Shown: piece by piece, positions 22,202 through 32,749 of the stretch
How the letters are laid out: the number at the start of each line of letters is the position of its first letter
Position numbering within the stretch: position 1 is the first letter of the stretch
Assembly (NCBI GenBank): GCA_963702435.1
Contig: CAVPCR010000004.1
Coordinates: 1 to 64,000, forward strand
DNA from: Candidatus Eiseniibacteriota bacterium
GTDB lineage: Bacteria > Eisenbacteria > RBG-16-71-46 > CAVPCR01
Direction: 5' to 3'
Length of the DNA stretch: 64,000 nucleotides
Position numbers and translations under genes: made by a program
The notes under the pieces: model-generated
What the model was told of the DNA's origin: nothing
Seen by the model: the letters and a program-made list of their open reading frames with translations, nothing else
Database searches by the model: none

Positions 22202-22450
22202 GCCATCTTCTTTCGCTCGCTAGGCTATTCCGCCTCTCGGTGGCAACGTCTCGAGGCCGATCTGCTGACTCACCTCCTGGCCAATGACCCCGCCATCGAG
22301 GAGGAGTCTCCCTACGGCCGCAAGTACCTCATTCGTGGTACCCTTCGTGGACCCAATGGGCGCCAGGCGGAGGTCGTCGCCATTTGGATCCTCCTCGCCG
22401 GGGACACCATCCCTCGCTTCGTAACCGCCTATCCAGGGGAGCGGAAATGA
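22202..22450 (+). pseudogene. 5'-truncated DUF6883-like protein
   Basis: FFRSLGY...PYGRKY...WI...PRFVTAYP; ATGA overlap with the next gene. Confidence 0.7.
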
Positions 22451-22680
22451 GCTTTCACACCCTCGATACCGTCGTCCTCAACAAGGACCTGCCCGAGCAC
22501 AGCCTAAGGGCCGGTGATCTCGGTGCCGTTGTCCAGGTCTACGACCCTGACGGCCTCGAGGTCGAATTCGTCACCGCCTCTGGGAAGACCGAAGCCGTGG
22601 TCACACTTCATGCCTCCGATGTCCGCCACGTCGAGGACAGCGACATCATCGCCGTTCGACGCCTTAGGCGCTCTGCATAG
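22447..22680 (+). CDS. DUF4926-family protein
   Basis: LDTVVLNKDLPEHSLRAGDLGAVV...EVEFV. Confidence 0.88.
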   Translation: MSFHTLDTVVLNKDLPEHSLRAGDLGAVVQVYDPDGLEVEFVTASGKTEAVVTLHASDVRHVEDSDIIAVRRLRRSA

Positions 22681-23214
22681 CGTCAAGCTCCGCGCGAGCC
22701 ACGCTCTCCGTTTCTCGCGAATCATCGAGCAGCATTGAGGGGGTGCCGGACGCCTAACACGCGTCCTGGCGGCTCCGCTCGCTACGCTCGCTTCGCCCAA
22801 CCCGGCGCTCTCCGTCACGGCGCTTGCCGTCACGGGCCGCGCTGGAGGCCACCTTCCTGCGGCAAGCGCCGTGCCGGCGCCGGGTTCGCCAGCCGCGGTA
22901 TCGTTGGCGCAGTGTCCTGCTTCCTTCAGTCTTGTTCTTCCTCTTGCTACGCACGCAGGCGACCTCTCGCTCCGATTGCCAGTTCGCAGGATCATGGGGC
23001 CACCTGGGAGGGGTTTTTCGCAGGAGCATGGGGCCACCCGATCAGCAGGATGATGGGGCCACCGGCGAGAGGGGCCTGATCGAAGTTTCGCAGGATCATG
23101 GGGCCACCCCAGGGCGGGTTTTCGCAGGGGCATGGGGCCAGGCCAGGACTGAGCGACCGGAAGTGAGGCAGGGTTCATCTCGACGACGGCGCCGGTTGCC
23201 GTCGGGAGGGATCC

Positions 23215-23994
23215 ATGTCCTACCGGGAGCTACCCATGATCGACGTGAAGGAGATGCTTCGCCGCTGGTCGGCGGGGCACGGTGACAGGAAGATCGGACG
23301 CGAGACCGGGACGGATCGCAAGACGGTCCAGCGGTACACCGCGGCCGCCAAGGAGCTCGCGCTGCCGCGCGATCGCGAGCTGACGGAGGCGGAAGTCCAC
23401 GAGGTGGCCCGGTGCGTGCAGGCCCGGCCAGGACGGGCGGCGAGCACCGAGTGGACGGCCGTCGCGGAGCACCAGGAGCGGATCGCCAAGTGGCTCGGCC
23501 TGCAGCGGCCGCTCAAGCTCAGCAAGATCCACACGCTGCTCGTGCGCGACCACGGGGTCGAGGTGAGCTACGACACGCTGCGTCGCTATGCGATGCAGGA
23601 GCTGGGCTGGCGCAAGAAGGCGGCGACGATCCGACTCGAGGATCCGCCGGCAGGCCAGGAGGCGCAGGTCGACTTCGGCAAGATGGGCCGGCTCATCGAT
23701 GCCGAGTCGGGCCGGCCGCGGGTGCTGTGGGCACTGGTGATCACGCTCGCGTTCAGCCGCTACCAGTTCGTCTGGCCGACGTTCGCGCAGACGACCGAGG
23801 CGGTGTGCGAGGGGTTGGACCGTGCGTGGTGGTTCTTCGACGCGATGCCGAGGACCTTGGTGCCGGACAACACCAAGGCGATGATCAAGGATCCGAACGC
23901 GCTCAACCCGACGCTCGTCGCCGCGTTCCTTGACTACGTGCAAGCGCGCGGCATCTTCGTTGATCCCGCGCGCATCAGGCATCCGAAGGACAAG
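23215..23994 (+). pseudogene. istA: IS21 transposase, 5' part (interrupted)
   Basis: AQVDFG, VPDN, RHPKDK then insertion. Confidence 0.9.
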
Positions 23995-23996
23995 GA

Positions 23997-26087
23997 TCAG
24001 TCTGCATACTGCACCTCTCTCCTCACGTGCGGAGCAGGCTGAGGGAAGCGCTGGCGATCCCGGAACCGCTTGCCCGGGTGGGCACGGGGGAGCGTACCGC
24101 TCGGTGGCTCGAACAGCATATCGCCCTTGTCATCCACGCGGACCGCGCGCAACACTCCTTCGCGGCCGAAGCGCTTGGCGGTCGAGGGATGCACCTGGAG
24201 GAGGGCCGCGATCTCGATGACGGTCAGCCATCCCGCCCGGCGCAGGAGTGCCCCGGGTCCCTCGATCCCGTGAGTGGTGCGCAGATAGCGGACGGTCAAG
24301 CGCCGGAACGGCTGGCCGGTGCCGGTGCGGAGCCCGCGGGCATTGAGCGTCCGGGCGATCTGCTGATCGGTTTGCTCGGTAGCCAGAGCTCGGACCTGCT
24401 CGACGATCTCGGGGGGCGTGCGCCTGAGATCGGGGGCACTGCGTGGCAGGGGCTGCTCGATCGAAGTCGTGGCGCCTCCTTTCCAGCGGATGTGGATCCG
24501 GATGGCGGTGTCACGCACCAAGGTGACGTCTTCGACTAGCAGGCGCAACATGCGCTTGCGTTCCCGGGCCGGAGTGCGGGGATCGTTCCACACCCGTGGC
24601 AGATCAGAGGCCAGGGCAAGGATGGGTTCCCGGGTCGCGGGAGTCAGCTCCGGCCCCTCCGCTGCGCTCAGCCGTCGATACTCCTCCTCCGACTGCTGGA
24701 CCACCGCCAGCTTCTCGTTCCACTGCCGCTCGAGGCTGTCGGCCACCAAGCGGTTCTCGGGACGCACCAGCAGGTACTGCCGCTGCGCGAGCTCGGCCTC
24801 CTCGCGGGCCCGTTGGACCTGGGCGTGCCGCAGCCGATCGATCTCGACGTGGCGGGCACGCAGTTCCTCGAACACCTGAAGTGCCACTTCCAACCATGCC
24901 GGCGTCACCGCCTCGAGGACCAGCTGCCCCACTGCGCGATCCAGACTTGCTCCAGGGAAGCGCTGACAGATGGGCTGAGCGCTCTCAATGCCGCGTCGCT
25001 GGCACACGTACTCGGGCACCGGATGTCCATGACTGACGCGATAACGCACCGTCATGCGCTGGCCACAGACCCCACACACCACCAAGCCCTGGAGCAGCGC
25101 GACGCCTTCGCGCGCTGGGCTGCGGCGCCGGTCCGTCCCGTAGCCGTGAGCATTGACCAGGAGCTGGGCCTGGTTGGCCTCGTACTCCTCCCAGGTGATG
25201 TAACCGGGATGCATGTTGGGGATGAACACCTTCCACTCGGCGCGCGGCAGCCGGCGGTAGCGGACCTGACCGGTCACCACGATCTTGCGCTGCCGCGACC
25301 GTCCGTACACAAATGCTCCTGCGTAGCGCGGGTTATGCAGGATGTGGAGCACGCGGCTGTGGTCGAGCGTCGCGAACACCACCTCGCCGGCATGAGCGCC
25401 GCCTACGATGCGGCGCGGCCAGCCGATCCGCTCAGTCCGGAAGTGCCGCACCACCCGCAGCGCCGAGCCAGTGCGCCGGAAGGTCTCGAACAACAGGCGC
25501 ACCGCCCCCTGGATCTGCTGGTCGGGATCGAGCACCAGCTTGTGACCGGCATCACATACATAGCCGATCGGCGGGCTCATCCACAGCTCGCCGCGCCGCG
25601 CCTTGTTGAGCTGGCCGCCCAGCAGCCGCGCCCGCAGCACGTGCAACTCCGCCTCGCTCATGGTGCCCTTAAGACCCAGCAGCAGCCGATCGTTGAAGTG
25701 GCTCGGATCATAGATCCCGTCTTCGTCCAGGATCAGGGTGTCGGCGAGCGCACAGATCTCCAGCAGCCGGTGCCAGTCGGTCGAGCTGCGCGCCAGTCGC
25801 GAAACCTCCAGCCCCATCACCACTCCGACCCGTCCCAGCCCCACTTCGGCGACCAGGCGCTGGAAACCGCCGCGCTCCGAACCACTCGCCCCCGACAGCC
25901 CGAGATCCTCATCGATCACCACGATCTGTTCGCTGGTCCAGCCCAGCGCCTGGGCGCGGCGCTTGAGATCGTACTGGCGCGCGGTGCTCTCGCGGTTTTC
26001 GCGCACCTGGTGCAGCGACGACTGCCGGACGTACAGATAGGCGCAGCGGCTCAGGTGATCGGTCGTGACCTTGTCGGGTCCACTCAT
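23997..26087 (-). CDS. Large serine recombinase (resolvase + recombinase + Zn ribbon + C-terminal HTH)
   Basis: AYLYVRQSS, EDLGLSG, SRLARS, CGVCG. Confidence 0.93.
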   Translation of the reverse strand: MSGPDKVTTDHLSRCAYLYVRQSSLHQVRENRESTARQYDLKRRAQALGWTSEQIVVIDEDLGLSGASGSERGGFQRLVAEVGLGRVGVVMGLEVSRLARSSTDWHRLLEICALADTLILDEDGIYDPSHFNDRLLLGLKGTMSEAELHVLRARLLGGQLNKARRGELWMSPPIGYVCDAGHKLVLDPDQQIQGAVRLLFETFRRTGSALRVVRHFRTERIGWPRRIVGGAHAGEVVFATLDHSRVLHILHNPRYAGAFVYGRSRQRKIVVTGQVRYRRLPRAEWKVFIPNMHPGYITWEEYEANQAQLLVNAHGYGTDRRRSPAREGVALLQGLVVCGVCGQRMTVRYRVSHGHPVPEYVCQRRGIESAQPICQRFPGASLDRAVGQLVLEAVTPAWLEVALQVFEELRARHVEIDRLRHAQVQRAREEAELAQRQYLLVRPENRLVADSLERQWNEKLAVVQQSEEEYRRLSAAEGPELTPATREPILALASDLPRVWNDPRTPARERKRMLRLLVEDVTLVRDTAIRIHIRWKGGATTSIEQPLPRSAPDLRRTPPEIVEQVRALATEQTDQQIARTLNARGLRTGTGQPFRRLTVRYLRTTHGIEGPGALLRRAGWLTVIEIAALLQVHPSTAKRFGREGVLRAVRVDDKGDMLFEPPSGTLPRAHPGKRFRDRQRFPQPAPHVRREVQYAD

Positions 26088-26386
26088 GACGCCACCTCGA
26101 CGCTACAGGCCAGCACCATGTCGGCCAGCAGCGTGGTCAGATCCGAACGGACGCTCGGGACCAGCACGGACCAGCGCTCGAACGGCGGTGGTGTGGAGCT
26201 CATTGCCGGCGGCAGGGAACGCGGCATCAGGGCAGTCAGCGCCGCCAGCCACTCGCTCATGCCGCGGGTCAGGAACAACGACAGCCCGAGCCCACGGTCG
26301 ACCGATCCCTGGGCACTGAGGGCTTCGCGCCGCAGTGCTTCGTACTGTTCCAGCACCTGGTTCGCCTCTGGGATGAACGGGCTCAT
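26084..26386 (-). CDS. Small accessory protein of the recombinase element
   Basis: YEALRREAL...GLSLFLTRGMSEW; translationally coupled on both sides. Confidence 0.7.
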   Translation of the reverse strand: MSPFIPEANQVLEQYEALRREALSAQGSVDRGLGLSLFLTRGMSEWLAALTALMPRSLPPAMSSTPPPFERWSVLVPSVRSDLTTLLADMVLACSVEVAS

Positions 26387-26880
26387 CGCCGAGTCTCCCG
26401 CCGGTCCGGCCGTTTTTTTTTGCGCCGCACCAACGCGCGCTGGATCGAGCGGTGATGGAGGCGGACGCCGAAGCGCCGTCGCACCGCCTCGACCACGTCC
26501 TGCTCCTCGCGCTCCGCTGCCGGAGCGGCGCGCCACTGCTCCACGAAGTCGAGCACCGCGTCGCTACACTTGTGGGCCCGTTGGGGGCCGCGCCGACGGG
26601 GCAGCAGGCCGGGGATCCCGCCGCCGCGAAAGGCGGCCTCCGCCTTGTAGAACGTCTGCCGACTGACGCCGAAGGCGTGGGCGACCTCGGTGACCGGTCG
26701 CTCCTCGAGGCGGTGGCGGCGCAGCATCTCGTACTTGACCTGCACCTGATCGCGCCGATCGAAGAACTCATGGCCCGAGAACGCCTCGTCGCGCACCACC
26801 TCCGGATGGGGGTGGAGGGCGCCGGCGGCGCGCAGCGCCGCGCGCTTGGGGTCGTCCGGTGGGGAGGAGCGTTTGGGCAT
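26383..26880 (-). CDS. HTH protein of the recombinase element
   Basis: FFDRRDQVQVKYEMLR...FGVSRQTFY...GP..AHK. Confidence 0.8.
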   Translation of the reverse strand: MPKRSSPPDDPKRAALRAAGALHPHPEVVRDEAFSGHEFFDRRDQVQVKYEMLRRHRLEERPVTEVAHAFGVSRQTFYKAEAAFRGGGIPGLLPRRRGPQRAHKCSDAVLDFVEQWRAAPAAEREEQDVVEAVRRRFGVRLHHRSIQRALVRRKKKRPDRRETRR

Positions 26881-27050
26881 GGTTGTCACTCTTATTACAT
26901 ACGAACCCTTGGCGTCAAGGGTTCTTTTCGGTCGCAAATCTCCACGGACTATGCCATTATCAGCTAGTTTCTTGGAACCATCCCCACCGCACCCCTGGCT
27001 GCCCGGGACGTAATCAGAGCGACAGCAGGGGCGAAATCCGGGTGACACCC

Positions 27051-27346
27051 TCATCGCGGCCCCCGCACGCCCACCAACTCCACCAAGGCCAGCAGGTCTT
27101 CGACTCGAAAGCGCGATCGTCCCCGGCCCACACTCAGGTAGGGGTCGGCCGGCCGGGAATCGGTCCAGCCTACCGGCACCGAATCGAGCGAGCCGTCGGC
27201 ATGCTGCAGGGTGACGCGATCCTCGCCCCACAGCTGCCCCGAGGTCACGAAGCGGAACGACTGACCTCGCAGCGGATGGAAGGGGTGAACGATCCGGACC
27301 CGCTGCTCAGATGCAGCACCGGGTGCACTCGACAGCCTTGACCAAG
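27051..27346 (-). CDS. DUF5372 (Y4bD/Y4pK-like) protein lacking its native start in the integrated state
   Basis: VRIVHPFHPLRGQ...SVPVGWTD...FRVEDLLAL; frame is open up to the element boundary. Confidence 0.75.
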
Positions 27347-28150
27347 CCGCGCGTCGAGAACCAAGTGCCGTACGTGCGCGAGAGCTGGTTCGACGGCGAG
27401 ACGTTCGGCGATCTGGAGGACGCCCGCCGCAGCGCCGAGCACTGGTGCCGCGACGTCGCCGGCACGCGCGTGCACGGCACCACGCACCGGGTGCCGCGCG
27501 AGCAGTTCGAGTCGGTCGAGAAGGCGGCGATGCTACGGCCGCCCACCGCGCCGTTCGACGTGCCGCTCTGGGTCGACAAGGCCAAGGTGCACCCCGATCA
27601 CCACATCCAGGTCGCCCGCGCGCTCTACTCGGTACCGACGCTGTACCTGTACAAGCAGGTGCGGGCGCGCGCCGACAAGAAGCTCGTGAAGATCTATCTC
27701 GGCACCGAGCTCATCAAGGTCCACCCGCGCCAGCCGCCGGGAGGGCGCTCGACCGACACCAGCGACTACCCGATCGGCAAGGCCGCGTACGCGCTGCGCA
27801 GCGTGGACGCGCTGGTGGCCAAGGCGAAGGAGAAGGGCGTGCACGTCGGCACCTACGCCGAGCGCTTGCTCGGCGGTCCCCTGCCGTGGACGCGCATGCG
27901 CCAGGGCTACGCGCTCTTGCGCCTGTGCGACAAGTACGGCGCGGGGCGCGTCGAGGCCGTCTGCCAGAGTGCGCTCGCGTTCGACGTCGTCGACGTCGTC
28001 CGCGTCGCGCGCATGCTCAAGTCGGGGACCCAGGGGGCGACGCCGGCGAGCGCCGACGGCAAGATCATCGAGCTCACACTGCCGCGCTTCGCTCGGCCCG
28101 ACGAGCACTTCGAGACCCGCCCGGGCTCGAAGAAGAAGGGAGATGTGTGA
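27343..28150 (+). pseudogene. istA: IS21 transposase, 3' part
   Basis: KPRVENQV...HGTT...YSVP. Confidence 0.9.
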
Positions 28151-28983
28151 TGGCGAAGACCATGCCGACTCTCGCCCCCGAGCTCGTCACTGCGCTCAAG
28201 CGCCTGCGGCTCGGACGCGTTGCGGAGACGTTGCCCGACCGGATCGTGCTCGCCGACAAGCAGGAGATGAGCTTCGAGGAGCTGCTGCTGCTCGTGCTCA
28301 GCGATGAGATCACGCGCCGCGACAGCGCCGCCGCGGACGTGCGCGCCCATGAAGCCGGGCTCGACACGGCGATGCGGCTGGAGCTGTGGGACAAGACGGC
28401 GAAGGTCACCTTCGACAAGCGCATGCTCGCGGAGCTGACGAGCCTGCGCTTTCTCGAAGCGCACCGCCACGCCGTCGTTCTCGGCCCGGTGGGTGTGGGC
28501 AAGACCTTCATCGCGCAGGCCTTGGGCCACATCGCGTGCCGGCACGGCTACCACGTGCGCTTCACCCGCGCCGACGAGATGCTGCGTCAGCTCCGCCAGA
28601 GCCGGTTCGACAACTCGCGCGACGCCGAGATGATCGCGCTCACCGCGGTCGACCTGCTCATCATTGACGACTTTGCGCTCGAGCCGATGAGCAAAGAGGA
28701 GAGCAAGGACGTCTACCAGCTCTTCCTCGAGCGCACAGGGCACGCTTCGATGATCGTGTCGAGCAATCGCGACACCTCCGAGTGGCTCGCGATGTTCGAC
28801 GACGTGCTGCTAGCGCAGAGCGCGGTCGATCGGTTCAAGAACGCCGCCTACGACTTCGTCATCGAGGGCGAGTCGTACCGGCCCCGGCTCAAGCCGAAGC
28901 TCGACCCGGCGGATCCACCACCGCCGTCACCCGCGCCGAAGCCGAAGCTGCACCCGCGTGCTCACGCACGCCGCAGGCGCTGA
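28150..28983 (+). CDS. istB: IS21 helper ATPase
   Basis: GPVGVGKT, LLIIDDF, SSNR, GESYR. Confidence 0.92.
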   Translation: MAKTMPTLAPELVTALKRLRLGRVAETLPDRIVLADKQEMSFEELLLLVLSDEITRRDSAAADVRAHEAGLDTAMRLELWDKTAKVTFDKRMLAELTSLRFLEAHRHAVVLGPVGVGKTFIAQALGHIACRHGYHVRFTRADEMLRQLRQSRFDNSRDAEMIALTAVDLLIIDDFALEPMSKEESKDVYQLFLERTGHASMIVSSNRDTSEWLAMFDDVLLAQSAVDRFKNAAYDFVIEGESYRPRLKPKLDPADPPPPSPAPKPKLHPRAHARRRR

Positions 28984-29288
28984 CCTCGATCGTCGCGCCC
29001 GGCCGGCCGCCACGCTCCGTCCGGCCGGGCGCCGATCGTCTCTCGCCGCTTGCCTGCCGCGGGAGATCCATGCCTGCGGAGCGGCCTCCCCGGTCCTGGG
29101 TGGCCCCATGCTCCTGCGTAAAGCCTCCCGCCCTGGTTCGCAGCGACCCGAAAAAAGTCGATCGACACCGCCGCCGATACGAGGCACTCTCCGGACCGGT
29201 CGTTCAGCCCTCTCCTCTGGCCCCATGATGCTGCAAAACTGGTGGCCCCATGAGGGTGCGTCCTGGCACTCCGATGGGGGTGATCACG

Positions 29289-30230
29289 ATGTTAGGTTCG
29301 CGACTCCTGTCTACCATCTGCGTCGTTCTGTTTCTTACCATGTGCCATTCGACCTCCTTGGCCGGTTCCAACTGCTTCACAACTCTCGCTCTTCATGCCC
29401 GGAGCGGGTGGACCGATGAATGTCTGTTCCCTGGCCAACCCGATTGCAGGACCGTCTTTCCCAACGTGCAAGTGCAGCCAAACGGTCAGTACCGAGTCTA
29501 CCTCTACATGCAGTATACGGAGGGCGCCACCCTACTGCAGACTGCCTTCGCCTGGCCCGAGGGCTGGACCCTCGTGCAGAGCCTTTGGAACTGCCGCTCG
29601 AACCAGGTCGTCACTCAGGCGCCCGATCCCAATTCACAAGGAGGCGCTATCGCTGGCACTCTGGTCACCACCTTCGACTGTGTCACAACTCCTAACATGG
29701 TTCCCCTCGGTTTCATGGACTTCCAGGTCGGGAACTCCGGCTGCCTCACACAGATCCAGTCTGCGTACCCCTTCGGCACTCACATGGAGGATTGCAGGCA
29801 GAGAATCAGCCTCCTCTGGGATCCCGAACGACTCGGTAGCGTCTGCGTGGGTCCTGGCGGCTACCGCCCCTGCGAACCGCCGGTACTTCCTCCGTCGCCC
29901 TGCTTCTGCTCTGCTGGCGGGCCCTATTCCGGGCAAACGGGCATCCCGGTCGAGTTCTCTGGCACATCGGACCTGTGCCATCCTCCTCTGCTGTTTACTT
30001 GGGACTTCGGTGACGGATCGACAGGCTCAGGTCAGGCAACGACTCACGTCTACTCCGCGCCCGGTGTCTATGATGTGACTTTCAACGTCACCGAAGAAGG
30101 GTACTGCGACCTGAGCTGGCATCCTCACACCACAGCGACAATAACCACAACTACTTCGATCCCTCCCGCGTCCTCTGGTCCCACTCCGGCTACCTGGGGA
30201 CAGATCAAGGCCACCTCGAAGACAGACTAG
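29289..30230 (+). CDS. Secreted Cys-rich family protein + PKD domain + TWG tail
   Basis: WDFGDGSTG...THVYSAPGVYDVT; ends TWGQIKATSKTD. Confidence 0.85.
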   Translation: MLGSRLLSTICVVLFLTMCHSTSLAGSNCFTTLALHARSGWTDECLFPGQPDCRTVFPNVQVQPNGQYRVYLYMQYTEGATLLQTAFAWPEGWTLVQSLWNCRSNQVVTQAPDPNSQGGAIAGTLVTTFDCVTTPNMVPLGFMDFQVGNSGCLTQIQSAYPFGTHMEDCRQRISLLWDPERLGSVCVGPGGYRPCEPPVLPPSPCFCSAGGPYSGQTGIPVEFSGTSDLCHPPLLFTWDFGDGSTGSGQATTHVYSAPGVYDVTFNVTEEGYCDLSWHPHTTATITTTTSIPPASSGPTPATWGQIKATSKTD

Positions 30231-30433
30231 CCGATCTTCTCGGTATTGGATGCAGCTGACCGCATGTCGCCCGGCCACTGCGCCTAACACGCGGCCTGGC
30301 GGCTCCGCTCGCTGCGCTCGCTTCGCGTAACCCGGCGCTATCCGTCACGGCGCTTGCCGTCACGGGCCGCGCTGGAGGCCACCTTGCTGCGGCAAGCGCC
30401 GTGCCGGGCGCCGGGTTCGCCAGCCGCGGTATC

Positions 30434-30802
30434 GTCTTGCGGTGGCCTCGTCTCTGCAGTCCTGATTGCAGTGGGCTCTGTCTCGCCTTCAGTGAGACGC
30501 CGGTAGCTCCGTTGTCACCAAGAAGGAGGGCAGAAGGCGTCCCGTTGCCACCCTCGGCCACGTCCCCTACCATGTGGTCTGCGACCTGCCCTCCCTCTTG
30601 AGCGGCACGATCGCGCCGCGCCACCGCCGCCGGTAACTCGTCATGGTGATGCGCTTCGTATTCACCTGATTACCCGTGTCCAACTCGCTCCTCCGGTGCT
30701 TCTGCCACCAGAGGTAGGGTAGGGAGTGTCTGGTCCGGCCGAACCGCTGGCGCATTTCTCTCCGCGGTTGCCCCGCCCCGACAAAACCTGCCACCGCAAA
30801 AC
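30434..30802 (+). other. ORF-less cassette, family B
   Basis: Homolog of 2745-3126; upstream core mutated to GTC. Confidence 0.75.
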
Positions 30803-31096
30803 ACGTGGCCTGCTGGCTCCCCGTGCGCCGGCTGCGCCGGCCACGGGGTCGCGCAACCCGCCGCTGTCCGTCACGGCGCTTGCTTGCTTGGGTGCTGCTG
30901 CCATCTCCGCTCCCCGCGCGGCAAGCGCCGCGCCGGGGCGCCGGGTTCGCCAGCCGCGGTATCGTTATGCGCTGGGCGACTCCTCTCACTACTTACGGGA
31001 AGCGACAGAGTACTTGGGTTTGTCGACAGCGTGAGCGGCCTCCGCTCATCGAGGTCGAATGAGCGGCAAGTGCAGATCACCACTCTGGAGGTTGCC

Positions 31097-32272
31097 ATGC
31101 ACGCCACGAGATGCGCCTCGCTCGCCCTGCTTCTTCTCGCGCTCAGCCCCCCGACGGCAGCAGATGAACCGCCGGCGACACCGCTCACGGGGATGGGCGG
31201 GTATGGACCCGCCTGGTCTCCTGACGGCGATCGGATCGCGTTCGCGTCCGATCGCAGCAGCGGGAACGTCGATCTCTGGGTGATGCCCGCTATCGGCGAG
31301 CCGGAGACCCGACTCACCACCCATCCCTCGGAAGACAGTCAACCTGACTGGTCCCCCGACGGTACCTACATTGTGTTCATGTCGCGCCGCCAACTGGGCG
31401 GGGCCCACAACATCTTCGTGATCCCAGCGGCAGGAGAGCCGACGGTCAGGGGCATGAACGACCCCTGGAATAACGATCAACCTGACTGGTCCCCCGACAG
31501 TACCCAGATCGCGTTCCAATCCGATCGCAACGGCAACTCCGACATCTGGGTGATGCCTTCGACCTTTGTCGGACCGGCGACACAGCTCACCACCGATCCC
31601 GGTCTCGATTACATGCCCGCCTGGTCCCCCGACGGCACCCAGATCGCGTTCACGTCCGATCGCAGCGGCAACTTCGACATCTGGGTGATGCCTGCCGCCG
31701 GCGGGGCGGCGACCCAGCTCACCGATGATCCCGGTATGGACGACTTCGCCGCCTGGTCCCCCGACGGCACCCAGATCGCATTCACGTCGGATCGCGGTGG
31801 CAACTACGACATCTGGGTGATGCTCCAGACTGGAGAACCGGCGACCCAGATCACCACCGATCTGTGGCCCGACGACAGGCCCGCTTGGTCCCCGGACGGG
31901 ACCCAGATCGCGTTCAGTTCACGTCGCCCCTATGGCGGCTGGTACAACATCTGGGTGCTGACACTCCCCGCTACCAGCGTCGAACCCGACGAAGCCGGGG
32001 CGATCAGGGTCCAATCCCTCGCAATCGACCCTCATCCCGTGGGAAGGCACCCCACGGCGGTCCGCTTCGAGCTCGCGCAAGCCGCCCCGATCAGGCTGAT
32101 TCTCTACGGTTGTGATGGACGTTCCGTGTGCATCCTCGCTACCGGGAACCACGCATCCGGCCGCCATCGCATCGAATGGGATGCGCGCGGGGTGGCGCCC
32201 GGCGTGTACTTCCTGCGTCTCGAAACCGAAGGATCTGCGGCGAGTCGGAAGGTTGTCGTCCTCGACCGCTAG
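31097..32272 (+). CDS. TolB-like PD40 beta-propeller with FlgD-Ig/T9SS-like C-terminal domain
   Basis: Six WSPDG...IAF-like repeats; ends GVYFLRL...RKVVVLDR. Confidence 0.9.
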   Translation: MHATRCASLALLLLALSPPTAADEPPATPLTGMGGYGPAWSPDGDRIAFASDRSSGNVDLWVMPAIGEPETRLTTHPSEDSQPDWSPDGTYIVFMSRRQLGGAHNIFVIPAAGEPTVRGMNDPWNNDQPDWSPDSTQIAFQSDRNGNSDIWVMPSTFVGPATQLTTDPGLDYMPAWSPDGTQIAFTSDRSGNFDIWVMPAAGGAATQLTDDPGMDDFAAWSPDGTQIAFTSDRGGNYDIWVMLQTGEPATQITTDLWPDDRPAWSPDGTQIAFSSRRPYGGWYNIWVLTLPATSVEPDEAGAIRVQSLAIDPHPVGRHPTAVRFELAQAAPIRLILYGCDGRSVCILATGNHASGRHRIEWDARGVAPGVYFLRLETEGSAASRKVVVLDR

Positions 32273-32554
32273 CTTGGCGACCGTTTCGTCGCCCAGCGCA
32301 TAACACGCGTCCTGGCGGCTCCGCTCGCTGCGCTCGCTCCGCGTAACCCGGCGCTCTCCGTCACGGCGCTTGCACGATCCGCCGGCATCGACCGGTAGTG
32401 AAGGTGGTGGCAAGCGCCGCGCCGGGCGCCGGGTTCGCCGGCCACGGTATCGTTTTGCGTCAACCCCTGCCACCATCTCCACCACAACCGGGGCCCGCGG
32501 CTCCCTTGATGTGGCGAGGCGATCTCGCTACAATCGCGCCACGAGGTGAATCCA

Positions 32555-32749
32555 ATGGAACTGTCTCTCAAGCTCACACAGGCTCAGGAACGCCAGCTGG
32601 CGGATATCGCCGCTCGCCTTCACGTCTCACCATCTGACCTCGCCGCCGCTGCGATCCGCGACCTCCTTTCACACCCCGACGACGCTTTCACCGAGGCTGC
32701 CGAGCGCGTGCTGGCCAAAAATCTCGAGCTCTATAGGCGGTTGGCGTAA
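32555..32749 (+). CDS. Putative RHH-like antitoxin
   Basis: VLAKNLELYRRLA, immediately upstream of Doc. Confidence 0.8.
   Translation: MELSLKLTQAQERQLADIAARLHVSPSDLAAAAIRDLLSHPDDAFTEAAERVLAKNLELYRRLA

Larger units (their letters stand above)
23991..27346 (-). mobile_element. Large serine recombinase integrative element (Y4bA/Y4bD-like gene set)
   Basis: CAAG core duplicated at 23991-23994 and 27343-27346; precise removal restores istA KDKPRVE. Confidence 0.88.
22977..29268 (+). mobile_element. IS21-family element containing a nested serine-recombinase element
   Basis: TIRs TGCCAG...CATGGGGCCACC at both ends, multiple internal CATGGGGCCA repeats, 7-bp TSD CTCCGAT (22970-22976, 29269-29275). 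Confidence 0.93.

Noticed and set aside
22977..23145. Spaced CATGGGGCCACC repeats as a mini-CRISPR or iterons
   Set aside because: Inverted copies occur at 29099-29268; they are IS21 end transposase-binding repeats
31200..31960. DNA repeats TGGTCCCCCGACGG
   Set aside because: Coding repeats of PD40 propeller blades
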